64,000 nucleotides of DNA, from IMG/VR virus record IMGVR_UViG_3300037137_001341, positions 1 to 64,000 of that record; one strand, 5' to 3'. Source of the stretch: a virus. Under the pieces are notes generated by a model. The model ran no database searches. It was not told where the DNA came from and saw only the letters and a program-made list of their open reading frames with translations. The number at the start of each line of letters is the position of its first letter. The stretch's first letter is position 1. Made by a program: the position numbers and the translations under genes. This document shows positions 45,774 to 55,209 of this stretch, in pieces.

Positions 45774-46426
45774 CCATCCCCGCCAGTGAAGCCGAGCCCG
45801 GCAAGATTTACCGGCTCACCCGAGATCCCGGCACGACGTACTACAAGCTCTGCGAGCCCGCGACCGTGAAGCGGCTGGAGAAGCGCCTGTACGCCCTGAA
45901 CGTGCAGACCATGTCCCCGGACGACCGGTACACGCTGCAGGCCCTTGCTCGTGTGCGCAACGCAGAACATGTGCTCGGGGTTCGATACATGCGGTACCTG
46001 AACACCGCGGGCGACCGCTGCGAGTCCAAGGCCTACGTGGCCTTCCCGCCTGACTACCCCTTGCGCGAAGTCGAGAAGCCCCCAGGTTACGGAGGGGCCA
46101 AGCGCAAGGGGGTGACGTCCGCGTCACAGGAGGAAGGATCCGCAGATGCCACGCAAGAAGAAGACGACGACCGAGAAGCTGGAGGAGCAGGAGAAGAAGA
46201 CCCAGGCCGACGAGATCACCAGGATCATTTCGGAGACATGTGCCCTCCTGGACGACATGCTGACCAAGGCGAACCCGGATCTGCCCAAGGCGCCGACGGC
46301 CCCTGTGCTTGCGAGGATGCAGGCGTACCTGGACAGGAGGGGCGTGAAGCCGGAAGATCCGGCCTGGATAGCCAGGATGCGGAAGACCACGAAAAACTAC
46401 AGGCTGCAGAAGGCGCACTCGCGTAG
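45770..46426 (+). CDS. Hypothetical protein (3' part overlaps the next gene)
   Basis: GGAGG SD + GTGA overlap; C-terminal third is low-complexity. Confidence 0.5.
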   Translation: MTIPASEAEPGKIYRLTRDPGTTYYKLCEPATVKRLEKRLYALNVQTMSPDDRYTLQALARVRNAEHVLGVRYMRYLNTAGDRCESKAYVAFPPDYPLREVEKPPGYGGAKRKGVTSASQEEGSADATQEEDDDREAGGAGEEDPGRRDHQDHFGDMCPPGRHADQGEPGSAQGADGPCACEDAGVPGQEGREAGRSGLDSQDAEDHEKLQAAEGALA

Positions 46427-46451
46427 CGAGGACGCTTTCGACTTGGATTGA
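46146..46451 (+). CDS. Hypothetical protein, C-terminal EDAFDLD tag
   Basis: AAGGA SD; basic N-terminus. Confidence 0.65.
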   Translation: MPRKKKTTTEKLEEQEKKTQADEITRIISETCALLDDMLTKANPDLPKAPTAPVLARMQAYLDRRGVKPEDPAWIARMRKTTKNYRLQKAHSRSEDAFDLD

Positions 46452-46462
46452 GAGGGAGACGC

Positions 46463-46867
46463 ATGACACATCCGAACCAGCTTCCCTTCGACTGGTCCCG
46501 CGAGGACCGGCGCGAAAGCGCCCAGGCACGTGACCGCGGCATCGACCGCGCTGCGCGAGCCTCGGGCGAGTGGCAGGTGGACGCCATCGCGGCGATCCGC
46601 CTGGTCGCCGCGTCGAGGTCCGTGCTCACCACGGACGACGTGTGGCGGGCGCTCGGGCGCGACCCCGGCGTCGAGGGCCGCGCCATGGGGGCGGCGATGC
46701 GCGCGGCTGCCAAGCTCGGGCTGGTCGAGCGAACCGACCGGACGCGCAAGAGCGAACGGGTCGCCTGCCACCGTCGGGATCTGCGCCTGTGGCACTCGCG
46801 CATCTACAGCGGCGGCAAGACGCTGGTCGAGGTCTTCAGGGACTACGACGGGGAGCCCAAGCTATGA
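46463..46867 (+). CDS. Phage winged-helix-like protein
   Basis: ARDRGI..A...TTDDVW...RAMGA....AAK.GL; N-terminal QLPF resembles a clamp-binding motif. Confidence 0.6.
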   Translation: MTHPNQLPFDWSREDRRESAQARDRGIDRAARASGEWQVDAIAAIRLVAASRSVLTTDDVWRALGRDPGVEGRAMGAAMRAAAKLGLVERTDRTRKSERVACHRRDLRLWHSRIYSGGKTLVEVFRDYDGEPKL

Positions 46868-47469
46868 CCCGCAAGGTCACGGCGTTGGTGCTCGCCGCTG
46901 GGGCATGTGTCCTGGCGTGCAGCGGGGGCGAGTTCGCTGGGGCTCCAGGGCACGAGTCGACTTCAGGGGGCGCAACCGGGACCCCTCCCGACGGCGGCGC
47001 CGTGGTCATATCCCCCGGGACCGGTGGAGTCGCTCCCCGCCCTGGGACCGGGGGCTCCCCGTCGACTGGGGGATATGCTGGTGCCGGCGGCGCTGGTGGC
47101 TCCCCGGTGTCCGCAGGCGGCTCCGAAACTGGGGGCAGGCCCGTGGGCACGGCCGGCGGGTCTGGCGGGGTTACCCAGGCCCCTGACGCTGGCGCCGGGG
47201 GACATGTCCAGGGCACCGGAGGGGCGGCCCCCAGCGCGGGCGGCGTCCCAGGCACCGGAGGCGTTGGGGCCACTGGGGGATATGCTGGCGGGACGGGCAC
47301 GGGCGGGAGCGCCGTGGTGCGAGACAGCGTCTGTCCCGCCTTCATCTGTCCTGCGACCTGTCCGCCGCCACTGGCCCAGACGTGCTGCCTTGGCCCCACC
47401 ACTGGGCCGACCGGCTGCGGCTGCACCTACCCCACCGGGATGTCGAGCCAACCGTTCGCCTGCCACTAG
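46864..47469 (+). CDS. Gly-rich lipoprotein with Cys-rich C-terminus (myxobacterial style)
   Basis: Lipobox VLAC, GTGG repeats, DAG, CC..GCGC. Confidence 0.7.
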   Translation: MTRKVTALVLAAGACVLACSGGEFAGAPGHESTSGGATGTPPDGGAVVISPGTGGVAPRPGTGGSPSTGGYAGAGGAGGSPVSAGGSETGGRPVGTAGGSGGVTQAPDAGAGGHVQGTGGAAPSAGGVPGTGGVGATGGYAGGTGTGGSAVVRDSVCPAFICPATCPPPLAQTCCLGPTTGPTGCGCTYPTGMSSQPFACH

Positions 47470-47900
47470 GGCAGCGCCCGAAGGTACTGCCGGAAGGCCC
47501 GGTTCGAGAGGGCCGGGATGCCCAAGGCGTCGCTGCGCCGGCTCCGCACGAGCATTAGCATGTCCGCACCGGGCTCCCCCGTGACCATGTGCAGCGCGAG
47601 CGCGGCGATGAACGCCGAGCGGTTCCGTCCCATCTGGCAGGTCACGAGGACCCTCCGTCCTCTGCGCATGTCCCTCGCGACGGCCTCCGCGGCTGTCCAG
47701 GCGGTCATCAGGTCGTCTGCCGTCGGCTCCGACGAGTCATCGAACGGGCAGTGCCGCACCCGCACGCCCGGGAAGGCCGCTGCCGGCGGCTGGTACTCCT
47801 CGGCCGCGAAGACGATGACGTCGAAGCGCCCCACGTAGTCCCCCGGCGGGGGCGCGGCGCCCACGTAGAGCCCTTCCACGATGCGGCTGGCGTCTGCCAC
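47466..47900 (-). CDS. Dual-specificity protein phosphatase
   Basis: LYVG, PFDD, VTCQMGRNRS (CX5R). Confidence 0.85.
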   Translation of the reverse strand: MADASRIVEGLYVGAAPPPGDYVGRFDVIVFAAEEYQPPAAAFPGVRVRHCPFDDSSEPTADDLMTAWTAAEAVARDMRRGRRVLVTCQMGRNRSAFIAALALHMVTGEPGADMLMLVRSRRSDALGIPALSNRAFRQYLRALP

Positions 47901-47961
47901 GGGCGGCAGAGTACCCGAAAGCCGCTGGGACCGAAATAGGCTGGTCTGTTATCGTAACGGG

Positions 47962-50900
47962 ATGCCTAGACCGAACAGGCCTGAGCTAGCTCTGCTCCGG
48001 GGGAAGAGTACGGCCGAGGCGCTGGCGAGGTGGACGGAGAGCTTCGCCGGGGGCGACCGGGAGACGGCCGAGAAGTACGCGGCGATCCTCTCTCGCTTCA
48101 CCGGCAAGCAGGCCAGCGGGGCAGAGTACGAAGCGTACATGGGGGCGTACTCCCCGGCGACTCGGCGGGCGTACTCCTTTGCTCTGACGGAGTTCTTCGA
48201 GTGGCTAGCCACGAAGCACAAGCGCGTCGTTCCGCCGCCGCAGGTCACGCGGAAAGATGCGGAGGACTACGTCGAGTGGCTCATCACAAGGCCGTACTCG
48301 CTGGAGGGAGAGAAGCTCCGCGATGGTGATCAGCGGGAGCGCCTCACGCTGTACGAGATCGTCGGCGAGCTTGGCTCCGCCGACATTCTGAGCATCGCGG
48401 CAAAGACGCCTGGATGGCTGCGCACAGCACATCCCGCCCCGGGCGTCGAGATCGACAGGGGATGGCTCAATCGCGAGCTTGGCCGCATGGTCCTGCACGA
48501 TCTCCTGGTGCGCTCGCCGACGATGGAGGATCTTCGCCGTGAGGACGCGCGCATCGGCATCGGGGTGTTCACTCTGCTCGTCCCTGACGGCGACACGATG
48601 CGGGAGATGCCGCTCGAAGAGATATTCTCGTACACGCTGCCGCGAGCACGCGCTGTCTCTCGAACAACGGTCGTGGTGCGCGTCGCCGCGCTCACATCCT
48701 TCTGGCAAGCGCTGATGGAGGCGGACAATTCCAGCGGGGCAGGCGCCCTCGTGCGACACAACGTGTTCTCGGACGTAGGAAACCGCGTGCGCGTCGGACT
48801 CGCCGCAGATCGCCGCGCGAGCAGAGCACGCAAGGGACGGCTGACGCCGGAGCTAGTGGAGCGCCTGCTCCGGGTGGCCGATGGTCCGTCTCTTGCTGAG
48901 AAGCGTGATGCTGCACTCCTCTGGTTCCTGGTTCTCACGGGAGCCAGGGTTACCGAGATCACGCGCATCCGCAGAGGACGTCCCCCGGCGGCAGAGGCGG
49001 CCCGCTGGCCCGGCTGGTACGACGAGCGGGCAGTGCCACCTGCGGTCGAGCTTGTGCGCAAGCGCGGCTTCCGGCAGAGGCTCCCGTTTCCACCGTACGC
49101 GCTCAAGGCGCTCGCCGCGTTTCAAGCGGAGCTTGCTCGCCACGCGCCGCTGACCGGCACGCAAAGTGACAACCAGAACGAGCCTCACTACCTCGCTCCA
49201 ACAGCGCCAGGCTGGCGCTACAAGGCACTAGCTGAAGAGCCTGACGCGCCGCTCTTCCCACCGGTCAAGTTCTGGGGGGCCAACTCATCGCGCAACTATC
49301 AGGAGTTCAAGCCGAACGCGAACGTACGACCCGACTACCGTCGCTCGATGACACGCAACGGCATCGACGCCATCCTCAAGAAGATCGCCAAGAAGGCCGG
49401 GTTCACCGAGGAGGAGCAGGCGCTCGCCCACACGCACGCATTTCGTCACTTCGCGGCGACGGCCATGGCGCGCAGAGGCAAACCGATCCGGGAGATCCAG
49501 TACATGCTCGGGCACGAGTCGCTCGTCACGACCGAGCGCTACGTGGAACCAGAGACCAGCACGGAGGCTCTATCCGGCCAGAACGAGATCCTAGACTTCA
49601 TCGCTGGCGCTGCGCATGAGCCGCCGGCACCAGCAGAGCCGGAAGCTCCGCGACAGCCACCGACCAGGCCTGCGCGCGTCGTGGAGACATATGCCGTGCC
49701 TCCAGGGCGACCTGGGCGTCCGCAGGCTGGCCCGCGTCCCGAGAAGAAGCGCCGGCCGCCTCCCGAGGTACAGGCCCCGGAGGCAGGCGGGATGCCGGCA
49801 CAGTCCCCCCGTGTCGTGCCGGAGGCACAGGTCGAGCCTGGTCAGGGGCTCGTCGCCATCGCACCAAAGGGAGGGGTCGAGCCGCCCCATGTGTCGCAGG
49901 TGCGCGGGAACATATCCCCGCCGCCTACCCCGCTCGAAGCCTACGGGGCTCTTGCGCCGCACCCGCCGGGAGTTCCGCCGACGCACCCGAGCCAGATCGC
50001 GTTCACGCGCGTGAACCTGCGAACCGCGAAGCCCAAGGAGCGGGCGCTGGTGAACCTGGCCCCGCCGGGGGACAAGCGCGACCTTGTGCAGCAGGTCACA
50101 TGGCTGCGGGCGAACTACGACCCGTGGCCCATGAACTACGGCATCGACGAGCAGTGGCTTCTGCCCTGGTTCGCCCGCGGCTCCGCTTCCAGCGGCGGCG
50201 AGGTCACCGTGGACATCATATCGAGGACCGGGGAGAGAAAGATCGTCGTTGTCCCGCCCATCCCCGTGCTCTCGCACTACCAGATGGATCCAGGGCTCGC
50301 ACCGAAGCACGCGCCGAAGCTCTGGCAGAGCATCGATCAGATGCGGACCCGCTGGCTACGCACGGTGCCTACGAAGGCGTTCGGGCTCGATCGTTGGTGG
50401 GGCATGTTCCTGCAGGCTCGGTTGACTCTCGGACAAGTCACCAAGGGCAAGTTCACGTGGGTGCCGTTCAACACACCGGCAGAAGTCGGGACACAGATCC
50501 GTTCCCACGACGACGAGTACCTGAGCAAGTGGCTGGAGATCAACGCGGAGCGATACGGCACGACGATCAACGCCTTCGAGGACATCAGGCGCATCGAGCG
50601 CGCCAGCGAGGACGACTCTGATGAGGCCCAGAAGGAGTGGGAGGAGTTCCAGAGCACATGGCGGGACGCCTCCCTCATGGGCGTGTCCCCAGCCGCAGAG
50701 CTACCGGACTGGTTCATCGCGGACGATCCTGTGCGTGACATCTACGACCGCGACCCGGAGGAGTGGCGGTGGTTCTCGACGTGGTTCGGCGCCATCACCG
50801 GACAGAACCTGACGCCGGTGCGCGACGAGACGCTCAAGGCCGAGGAGGCGTTCGCTCTCGAAGAGCGGAGTAACAGGATCCTGCAGGCGCGCAAGCTCCT

Positions 50901-52236
50901 GGAGGGGTACTACGAAGCGGTCACGGATCTGCGCACCTCGAAGGGTGATGAGCGTGAGGGTGGGCACGCCTCCCTCAAAGCCTACGTGGCGCAGCTGGCC
51001 GAGTACGGGATACCGGACCCGGCGCAGATGCTCAAGGAAGGCAAGCTACGGAAGAAGCAGCGCCGCGAAGCCAGCATCGAGCAGCTGCTGAACATGGCCT
51101 TCCCGGACGTCGGCGTGGAGGTCGTGGACCCGAACGTGCTCAGGAGCCAGCTGTTCGACGCGGACACGCTCCGCCTGGACATGTCCCGCAAGACCATCTC
51201 GCACACGGACGAGTTCCGCAAGCGCTTCGCCGCGCGCTACGACGGGCGGGACTCCGAGTGCGTCGTGCGGCGCGCCGCCCGCGGCATGTGGGAGCATGTG
51301 AAGCGCAACGGCATCCCGGTCGCCCGAGGAGAACAGCGCGCTTCCCAGTACAGCCTGCTCTACTCCGTCATGCTCTCGTACATGGCCTGGATCTTCCCGT
51401 GCCCTGCGGAGATCGAGGAGCGCATGGCCAAGGAGGGACGCCTGGGCGCCGAAGCGCGGCTGGTCTGGTTGAACGGTGTGCGCAGCGCGACGCAGCACAT
51501 GGCCCGCATCGAGCGCGACGCCGACGAGCCAGCGCTGCTCGCTGTTGCCGCCGAGGATGGCCTGGACTCAAAGAGCGCCGAGGAAGTGCTGGAAGCCGGG
51601 CTCGTCGTCGATTCTGTGCGGGCACAGGTGGCGGTGCCGCCCCCCGAGGTGGCAGAGGCCGTGGCCAAGAGCGCCGTGGAGTCAGGGCAGGTCGCCGTGG
51701 AATCCGGCGGCGTCGTCGTGGTGCGGCCGACGGTGTTGCGCCGCCGAAAGTCGCCGAGCGCGCTCCGGGAAGAGGCCCGTGAGGAGAGGTCGCCCGTACC
51801 TGCGCCCCCCGCTCCCCGCGCACCAGAACCCACGGCGCGCGAGCGCATTGCCGAGATGAGAGGCCGGAGAGGCGCCGTGGTCGAGCTTGTCCAGGAACGC
51901 GCGCAGACCACGGGGACATACCTGAGCGGCGTGGAGGAGCCCGAGGTTGAGGAGCAAGAGACCCCGCTGGAGCGGGAAGCGGAGTACATGGAGCCAGAGG
52001 TCGAGCAGTACGAGGGGCCGCAGCTGCCCAGCATGTTCTCCGTGGGTGGCGAACAGCACGAATCGGCCGAGACGACCACCCACGGGCTCGCCTACGAAGA
52101 ACTGGAGCGGAACGCTGCGCCGCCCAGGTACATGACCCTGGGGGCCTACGCTGCGGGGGCCGACTATGTCGCGAACGCCGAGGAGGTGCTCCCGAGCGCC
52201 ATCAGGATGATGGCCGCGATGACGCTGCCGTTCTAG
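47962..52236 (+). CDS. Giant tyrosine recombinase fusion protein (1424 aa)
   Basis: SPATRRAY core-binding region; TGARVTE, RKRG, HAFRH, LGH, TTERY; followed by a Pro-rich linker and about 750 aa of unknown sequence. Confidence 0.85.
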   Translation: MPRPNRPELALLRGKSTAEALARWTESFAGGDRETAEKYAAILSRFTGKQASGAEYEAYMGAYSPATRRAYSFALTEFFEWLATKHKRVVPPPQVTRKDAEDYVEWLITRPYSLEGEKLRDGDQRERLTLYEIVGELGSADILSIAAKTPGWLRTAHPAPGVEIDRGWLNRELGRMVLHDLLVRSPTMEDLRREDARIGIGVFTLLVPDGDTMREMPLEEIFSYTLPRARAVSRTTVVVRVAALTSFWQALMEADNSSGAGALVRHNVFSDVGNRVRVGLAADRRASRARKGRLTPELVERLLRVADGPSLAEKRDAALLWFLVLTGARVTEITRIRRGRPPAAEAARWPGWYDERAVPPAVELVRKRGFRQRLPFPPYALKALAAFQAELARHAPLTGTQSDNQNEPHYLAPTAPGWRYKALAEEPDAPLFPPVKFWGANSSRNYQEFKPNANVRPDYRRSMTRNGIDAILKKIAKKAGFTEEEQALAHTHAFRHFAATAMARRGKPIREIQYMLGHESLVTTERYVEPETSTEALSGQNEILDFIAGAAHEPPAPAEPEAPRQPPTRPARVVETYAVPPGRPGRPQAGPRPEKKRRPPPEVQAPEAGGMPAQSPRVVPEAQVEPGQGLVAIAPKGGVEPPHVSQVRGNISPPPTPLEAYGALAPHPPGVPPTHPSQIAFTRVNLRTAKPKERALVNLAPPGDKRDLVQQVTWLRANYDPWPMNYGIDEQWLLPWFARGSASSGGEVTVDIISRTGERKIVVVPPIPVLSHYQMDPGLAPKHAPKLWQSIDQMRTRWLRTVPTKAFGLDRWWGMFLQARLTLGQVTKGKFTWVPFNTPAEVGTQIRSHDDEYLSKWLEINAERYGTTINAFEDIRRIERASEDDSDEAQKEWEEFQSTWRDASLMGVSPAAELPDWFIADDPVRDIYDRDPEEWRWFSTWFGAITGQNLTPVRDETLKAEEAFALEERSNRILQARKLLEGYYEAVTDLRTSKGDEREGGHASLKAYVAQLAEYGIPDPAQMLKEGKLRKKQRREASIEQLLNMAFPDVGVEVVDPNVLRSQLFDADTLRLDMSRKTISHTDEFRKRFAARYDGRDSECVVRRAARGMWEHVKRNGIPVARGEQRASQYSLLYSVMLSYMAWIFPCPAEIEERMAKEGRLGAEARLVWLNGVRSATQHMARIERDADEPALLAVAAEDGLDSKSAEEVLEAGLVVDSVRAQVAVPPPEVAEAVAKSAVESGQVAVESGGVVVVRPTVLRRRKSPSALREEAREERSPVPAPPAPRAPEPTARERIAEMRGRRGAVVELVQERAQTTGTYLSGVEEPEVEEQETPLEREAEYMEPEVEQYEGPQLPSMFSVGGEQHESAETTTHGLAYEELERNAAPPRYMTLGAYAAGADYVANAEEVLPSAIRMMAAMTLPF

Positions 52237-52667
52237 CGGTCGCCGATGACGGCGAACTGCGTCCCGAGATCCTCGAAGAACACATCCCCGGACTTCACGA
52301 GCAGGAAGTCCTTGCCGGTCCCAGGGAAGCCCCTGGGCGTGCGCCTGTAGATGGCCACGACGGTGCCCACGAACTCCCGGGATGTGCCGCCAGCTGGGTC
52401 CCCCGGCTCGGGGCCGCTCGGCGCGATCCGCAGGACGGTCTTGCCGGTGAACTTCTCGGTGATCGAGCCGGGGCCAGTGGGGGCGTTCTCGATGATGTCG
52501 AGGGTCGACGGAGCGGTGTCTGTCAGCGTGGTAGCTACGGCCGTGTCCCACAGAACCTTCGGGGTTGCACCATCGAGGGTGATGATGGCGAAGTGTGGCG
52601 GCTGCAGCTGGATCGCAGATGGCCCGGCCGGAGCGACGTGGAGAGCGACGATGTCACCGTTTGCCAT
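52233..52667 (-). CDS. Beta-rich hypothetical protein
   Basis: Similar layout to 52671-53099. Confidence 0.65.
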   Translation of the reverse strand: MANGDIVALHVAPAGPSAIQLQPPHFAIITLDGATPKVLWDTAVATTLTDTAPSTLDIIENAPTGPGSITEKFTGKTVLRIAPSGPEPGDPAGGTSREFVGTVVAIYRRTPRGFPGTGKDFLLVKSGDVFFEDLGTQFAVIGDR

Positions 52668-52670
52668 GGC

Positions 52671-53099
52671 TCAGCGATCCTCCAAGGGATGGACGCTTGG
52701 GAACGGTAGTTCGTAGTACATCCCGTTCGAGAGCGAACGAATCAGCACCTTGGTGCTGCCTGGGGCGTTCACGTCGTACACGTCCACGACGCGACCGATG
52801 TACGCATCCGAGTAGGGAACGAGCGGCTTCGTCGCCGTCGCAGGTACTGCGATCCCAACGACCACCTTGTCGAGAAAGACGGCCAGCTGGATCGGCGACG
52901 CCGTGTCCGTGATCTTGTCCAGGGCAGCGTCCGGGACGCCCGTCAACGCTTCCTGGCCAGAGAACGTCACGTCGTTCACTCCGGGCGCAGCCGCCGTGAC
53001 GACGCCGACCAGCGGGGGCTGCGGCTGCAGCGTGCCTGGCGCGAGCGAGCCGACGGTCGACAGCTTCACACGGACTCGATCTCCGGCCACGAACGCCAT
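52671..53099 (-). CDS. Beta-rich hypothetical protein
   Basis: TAGCCT-7nt-ATG start. Confidence 0.65.
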   Translation of the reverse strand: MAFVAGDRVRVKLSTVGSLAPGTLQPQPPLVGVVTAAAPGVNDVTFSGQEALTGVPDAALDKITDTASPIQLAVFLDKVVVGIAVPATATKPLVPYSDAYIGRVVDVYDVNAPGSTKVLIRSLSNGMYYELPFPSVHPLEDR

Positions 53100-53109
53100 G
53101 ACCCCGAGG

Positions 53110-53763
53110 CTACCGGCTGCCACCACCCGGGTCAAGTGAGAGCGGATCGCCTGTGTAGTAGCGGGTTTCGTCGTCGTACATCATGGCCGCCGTCAGCTGG
53201 GGGATGTCCCGGTGCTCCCCCGCCATCGCCTCCAGGACCAGAGCCCGCACGACGTTCGCCGCCTGCGCGCCGCGAGCACGTGACCGGCGCATCAGCGCCC
53301 GCCTGGCCCCGAGCGTGATGACCGTGTGCTCGTTCACGGAGGAGCCCTTCACGTACGTCGGCAGAGGCTTCCCTTTCCAGAACCAGCGACGCGCCGATGC
53401 CGGCTCGTGCGACCCCATCAGGTAGTCGTGGATCAAGCTCCGCAGGAACGTCGGCGGGTGCGCGCTGCGAAGCTCGCACTCCGCCATCCACGCCGCATGG
53501 ATCTGCGGCGGCATCCACATCTGGTACTGGTAGAGTCTCTCGATCCCCTCCTGGGTGCCGCCCGCGTTCGAGCGCGCTGGTGAGAGCCCGCGGTCGTGCA
53601 GCGCAAGGCGCGCCTGTGCCCGGACCTCCAGAAGCAGATCCGTGTCGACGCCCAATCGCTTCGCGATGGCGTCAACACGGTCATCGGAGATGCGGACCGT
53701 CGCGTACTTCGTGCCCAGCAGCCGGGCCGCCAGCCACTCGCGGAAGCTCTGCGGAGGCCCCAC
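53110..53763 (-). CDS. Putative DNA-binding protein (HTH/tandem RHH-like)
   Basis: DAIAKRLGV; two strand-helix-helix-like units. Confidence 0.5.
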   Translation of the reverse strand: MGPPQSFREWLAARLLGTKYATVRISDDRVDAIAKRLGVDTDLLLEVRAQARLALHDRGLSPARSNAGGTQEGIERLYQYQMWMPPQIHAAWMAECELRSAHPPTFLRSLIHDYLMGSHEPASARRWFWKGKPLPTYVKGSSVNEHTVITLGARRALMRRSRARGAQAANVVRALVLEAMAGEHRDIPQLTAAMMYDDETRYYTGDPLSLDPGGGSR

Positions 53764-54101
53764 TACTGAGTGACGATGCGCGACTGGTGGATGTGCGTGC
53801 AGTAGAGAACGTCACGTGGGCTCACCGCCACGAGCGCGAAGTCCTTTCCGCTGCCCGTCAGCATCTCCACCACGAGCATGATCCCGCCTGCGCCATCTGG
53901 CTCGACGTGAAGCACGCCGCTCAGGACAGGCACGGCAATCGCGCCGCCCTCCTTGTTCATCGCCGGGATATGAGCATACGTGCAGCCGATGTAGGGCTCC
54001 CGCAGCTGCAGCATCGCCGGCTTCTCGTTGAAGGCGAAGTAGCCACTCGGGCGCTCGCCGGTGACCTGTGTCTCTTGTTCCTGCGCGTTTTCTTCAGCCA
54101 T
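53763..54101 (-). CDS. Hypothetical protein
   Basis: GGAG SD; beta-rich. Confidence 0.6.
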   Translation of the reverse strand: MAEENAQEQETQVTGERPSGYFAFNEKPAMLQLREPYIGCTYAHIPAMNKEGGAIAVPVLSGVLHVEPDGAGGIMLVVEMLTGSGKDFALVAVSPRDVLYCTHIHQSRIVTQ

Positions 54102-55209
54102 GATGCTTCTCCGCCTCCTGTAGCATGCGCCGGATAGCCGGCACGTTCTTGTTCTCCCACGACCACTCGGTGCGCAGGGCTTCAGCGTTCTGCTCGGCAT
54201 GTGCCGCCACGGACGCCCAGTGCGAGTACATGACCCCGAGCGCCTCCGTGATGGCCTCCACGCTCACCGCCGGCGCCATCGAGCCCGGGAAGTCGTTCAT
54301 CGAGGCGAGCGGCCCGTGCTCCACGATGACGGCCCCCGGCGGGTGGTTGCCCAGGAACTCCGCGTGACCGGTGCAGGCTGTCGCGATGACTGGGACGCCG
54401 CAGGCGAGCGCCTCCAGGGGAACCATGCCGAAGCCCTCGCCACGGGACGGCTGGCAGACCGCGTGCATCGCGCTGTACATGCCTGCGACGCCGTACTGCC
54501 CGTTCCCCAGTCCCGGCTGCGACTCCACGTCGCCGGTACCGAGTCCCAGGTCGGCGCACCACCACCGCACCTTGGACATATGCAGCGGGTTCATCACCAC
54601 GACGAGCTTCGCCAGCGGCGGCAGGGCCCCAGACCGCTTGGCGATCTGCCAGGCACGCAGGAGCATCTGCGTGCTCTTCCGCTCCGTCTCGCTGCTGGTC
54701 ATGTGCAGCACCAGGAACCGCTCCAGCCGGAACTCATGCTTCACGGCGTCGCGGAACTTGGGCATCAGCATGTGCACGGCAGGAGTGACTCCGTGCGGCG
54801 CAACAACCACGGGCATCGCGTCCGGCACATGCCGCCGGAGCACCGAGGCAGCCCAGGCGCTCGGAGCCAGGAGGCCGCCCGTGAGCATCCCCCGCGGCAG
54901 CACGCCTGACGGCTTCAGGAACGACTCCATCATCCCCTTCGGGAGTCCCTCGCTGTTCGGGGCGAGCAGGAGCCAGTGCGACTTATGCTCGCCCATGCGG
55001 TGCGCGTGCATGAGCCCCATCGGGGGGCCGAGGTTCAGCGACACCGGCGCGTTCGCCCCGGCTATCGCGTCTTCGCTCTCGAAGTCCATGGGCCATGTCC
55101 CTGCGTGCTCGCCAGCAGCCACGAGGGCACGCTCCATGCCGCGTGTCACCTGCACGAACGAGTGCTCACCGACGGTGTGGCCGTAGAGGCGGACGCGCGA
55201 CTCAGCCAA
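54094..55209 (-). CDS. GT-B (GT4-like) glycosyltransferase
   Basis: RK, QPSRGEGFGMVPLEALACGVPVI; start uncertain. Confidence 0.9.
   Translation of the reverse strand: MAESRVRLYGHTVGEHSFVQVTRGMERALVAAGEHAGTWPMDFESEDAIAGANAPVSLNLGPPMGLMHAHRMGEHKSHWLLLAPNSEGLPKGMMESFLKPSGVLPRGMLTGGLLAPSAWAASVLRRHVPDAMPVVVAPHGVTPAVHMLMPKFRDAVKHEFRLERFLVLHMTSSETERKSTQMLLRAWQIAKRSGALPPLAKLVVVMNPLHMSKVRWWCADLGLGTGDVESQPGLGNGQYGVAGMYSAMHAVCQPSRGEGFGMVPLEALACGVPVIATACTGHAEFLGNHPPGAVIVEHGPLASMNDFPGSMAPAVSVEAITEALGVMYSHWASVAAHAEQNAEALRTEWSWENKNVPAIRRMLQEAEKHHG

Noticed and set aside
45770-46451. Genuine 280-bp dual-coding overlap
   Set aside because: The overlapping tail of the upstream ORF is low-complexity; a lost stop or sequence error is as likely, and I cannot resolve it here.
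47881-52260. Prophage boundary or att site, or integron attC array, next to the recombinase
   Set aside because: Virus-like genes continue on both sides; I recognised no host housekeeping genes, att core repeat or attC-like palindromes.
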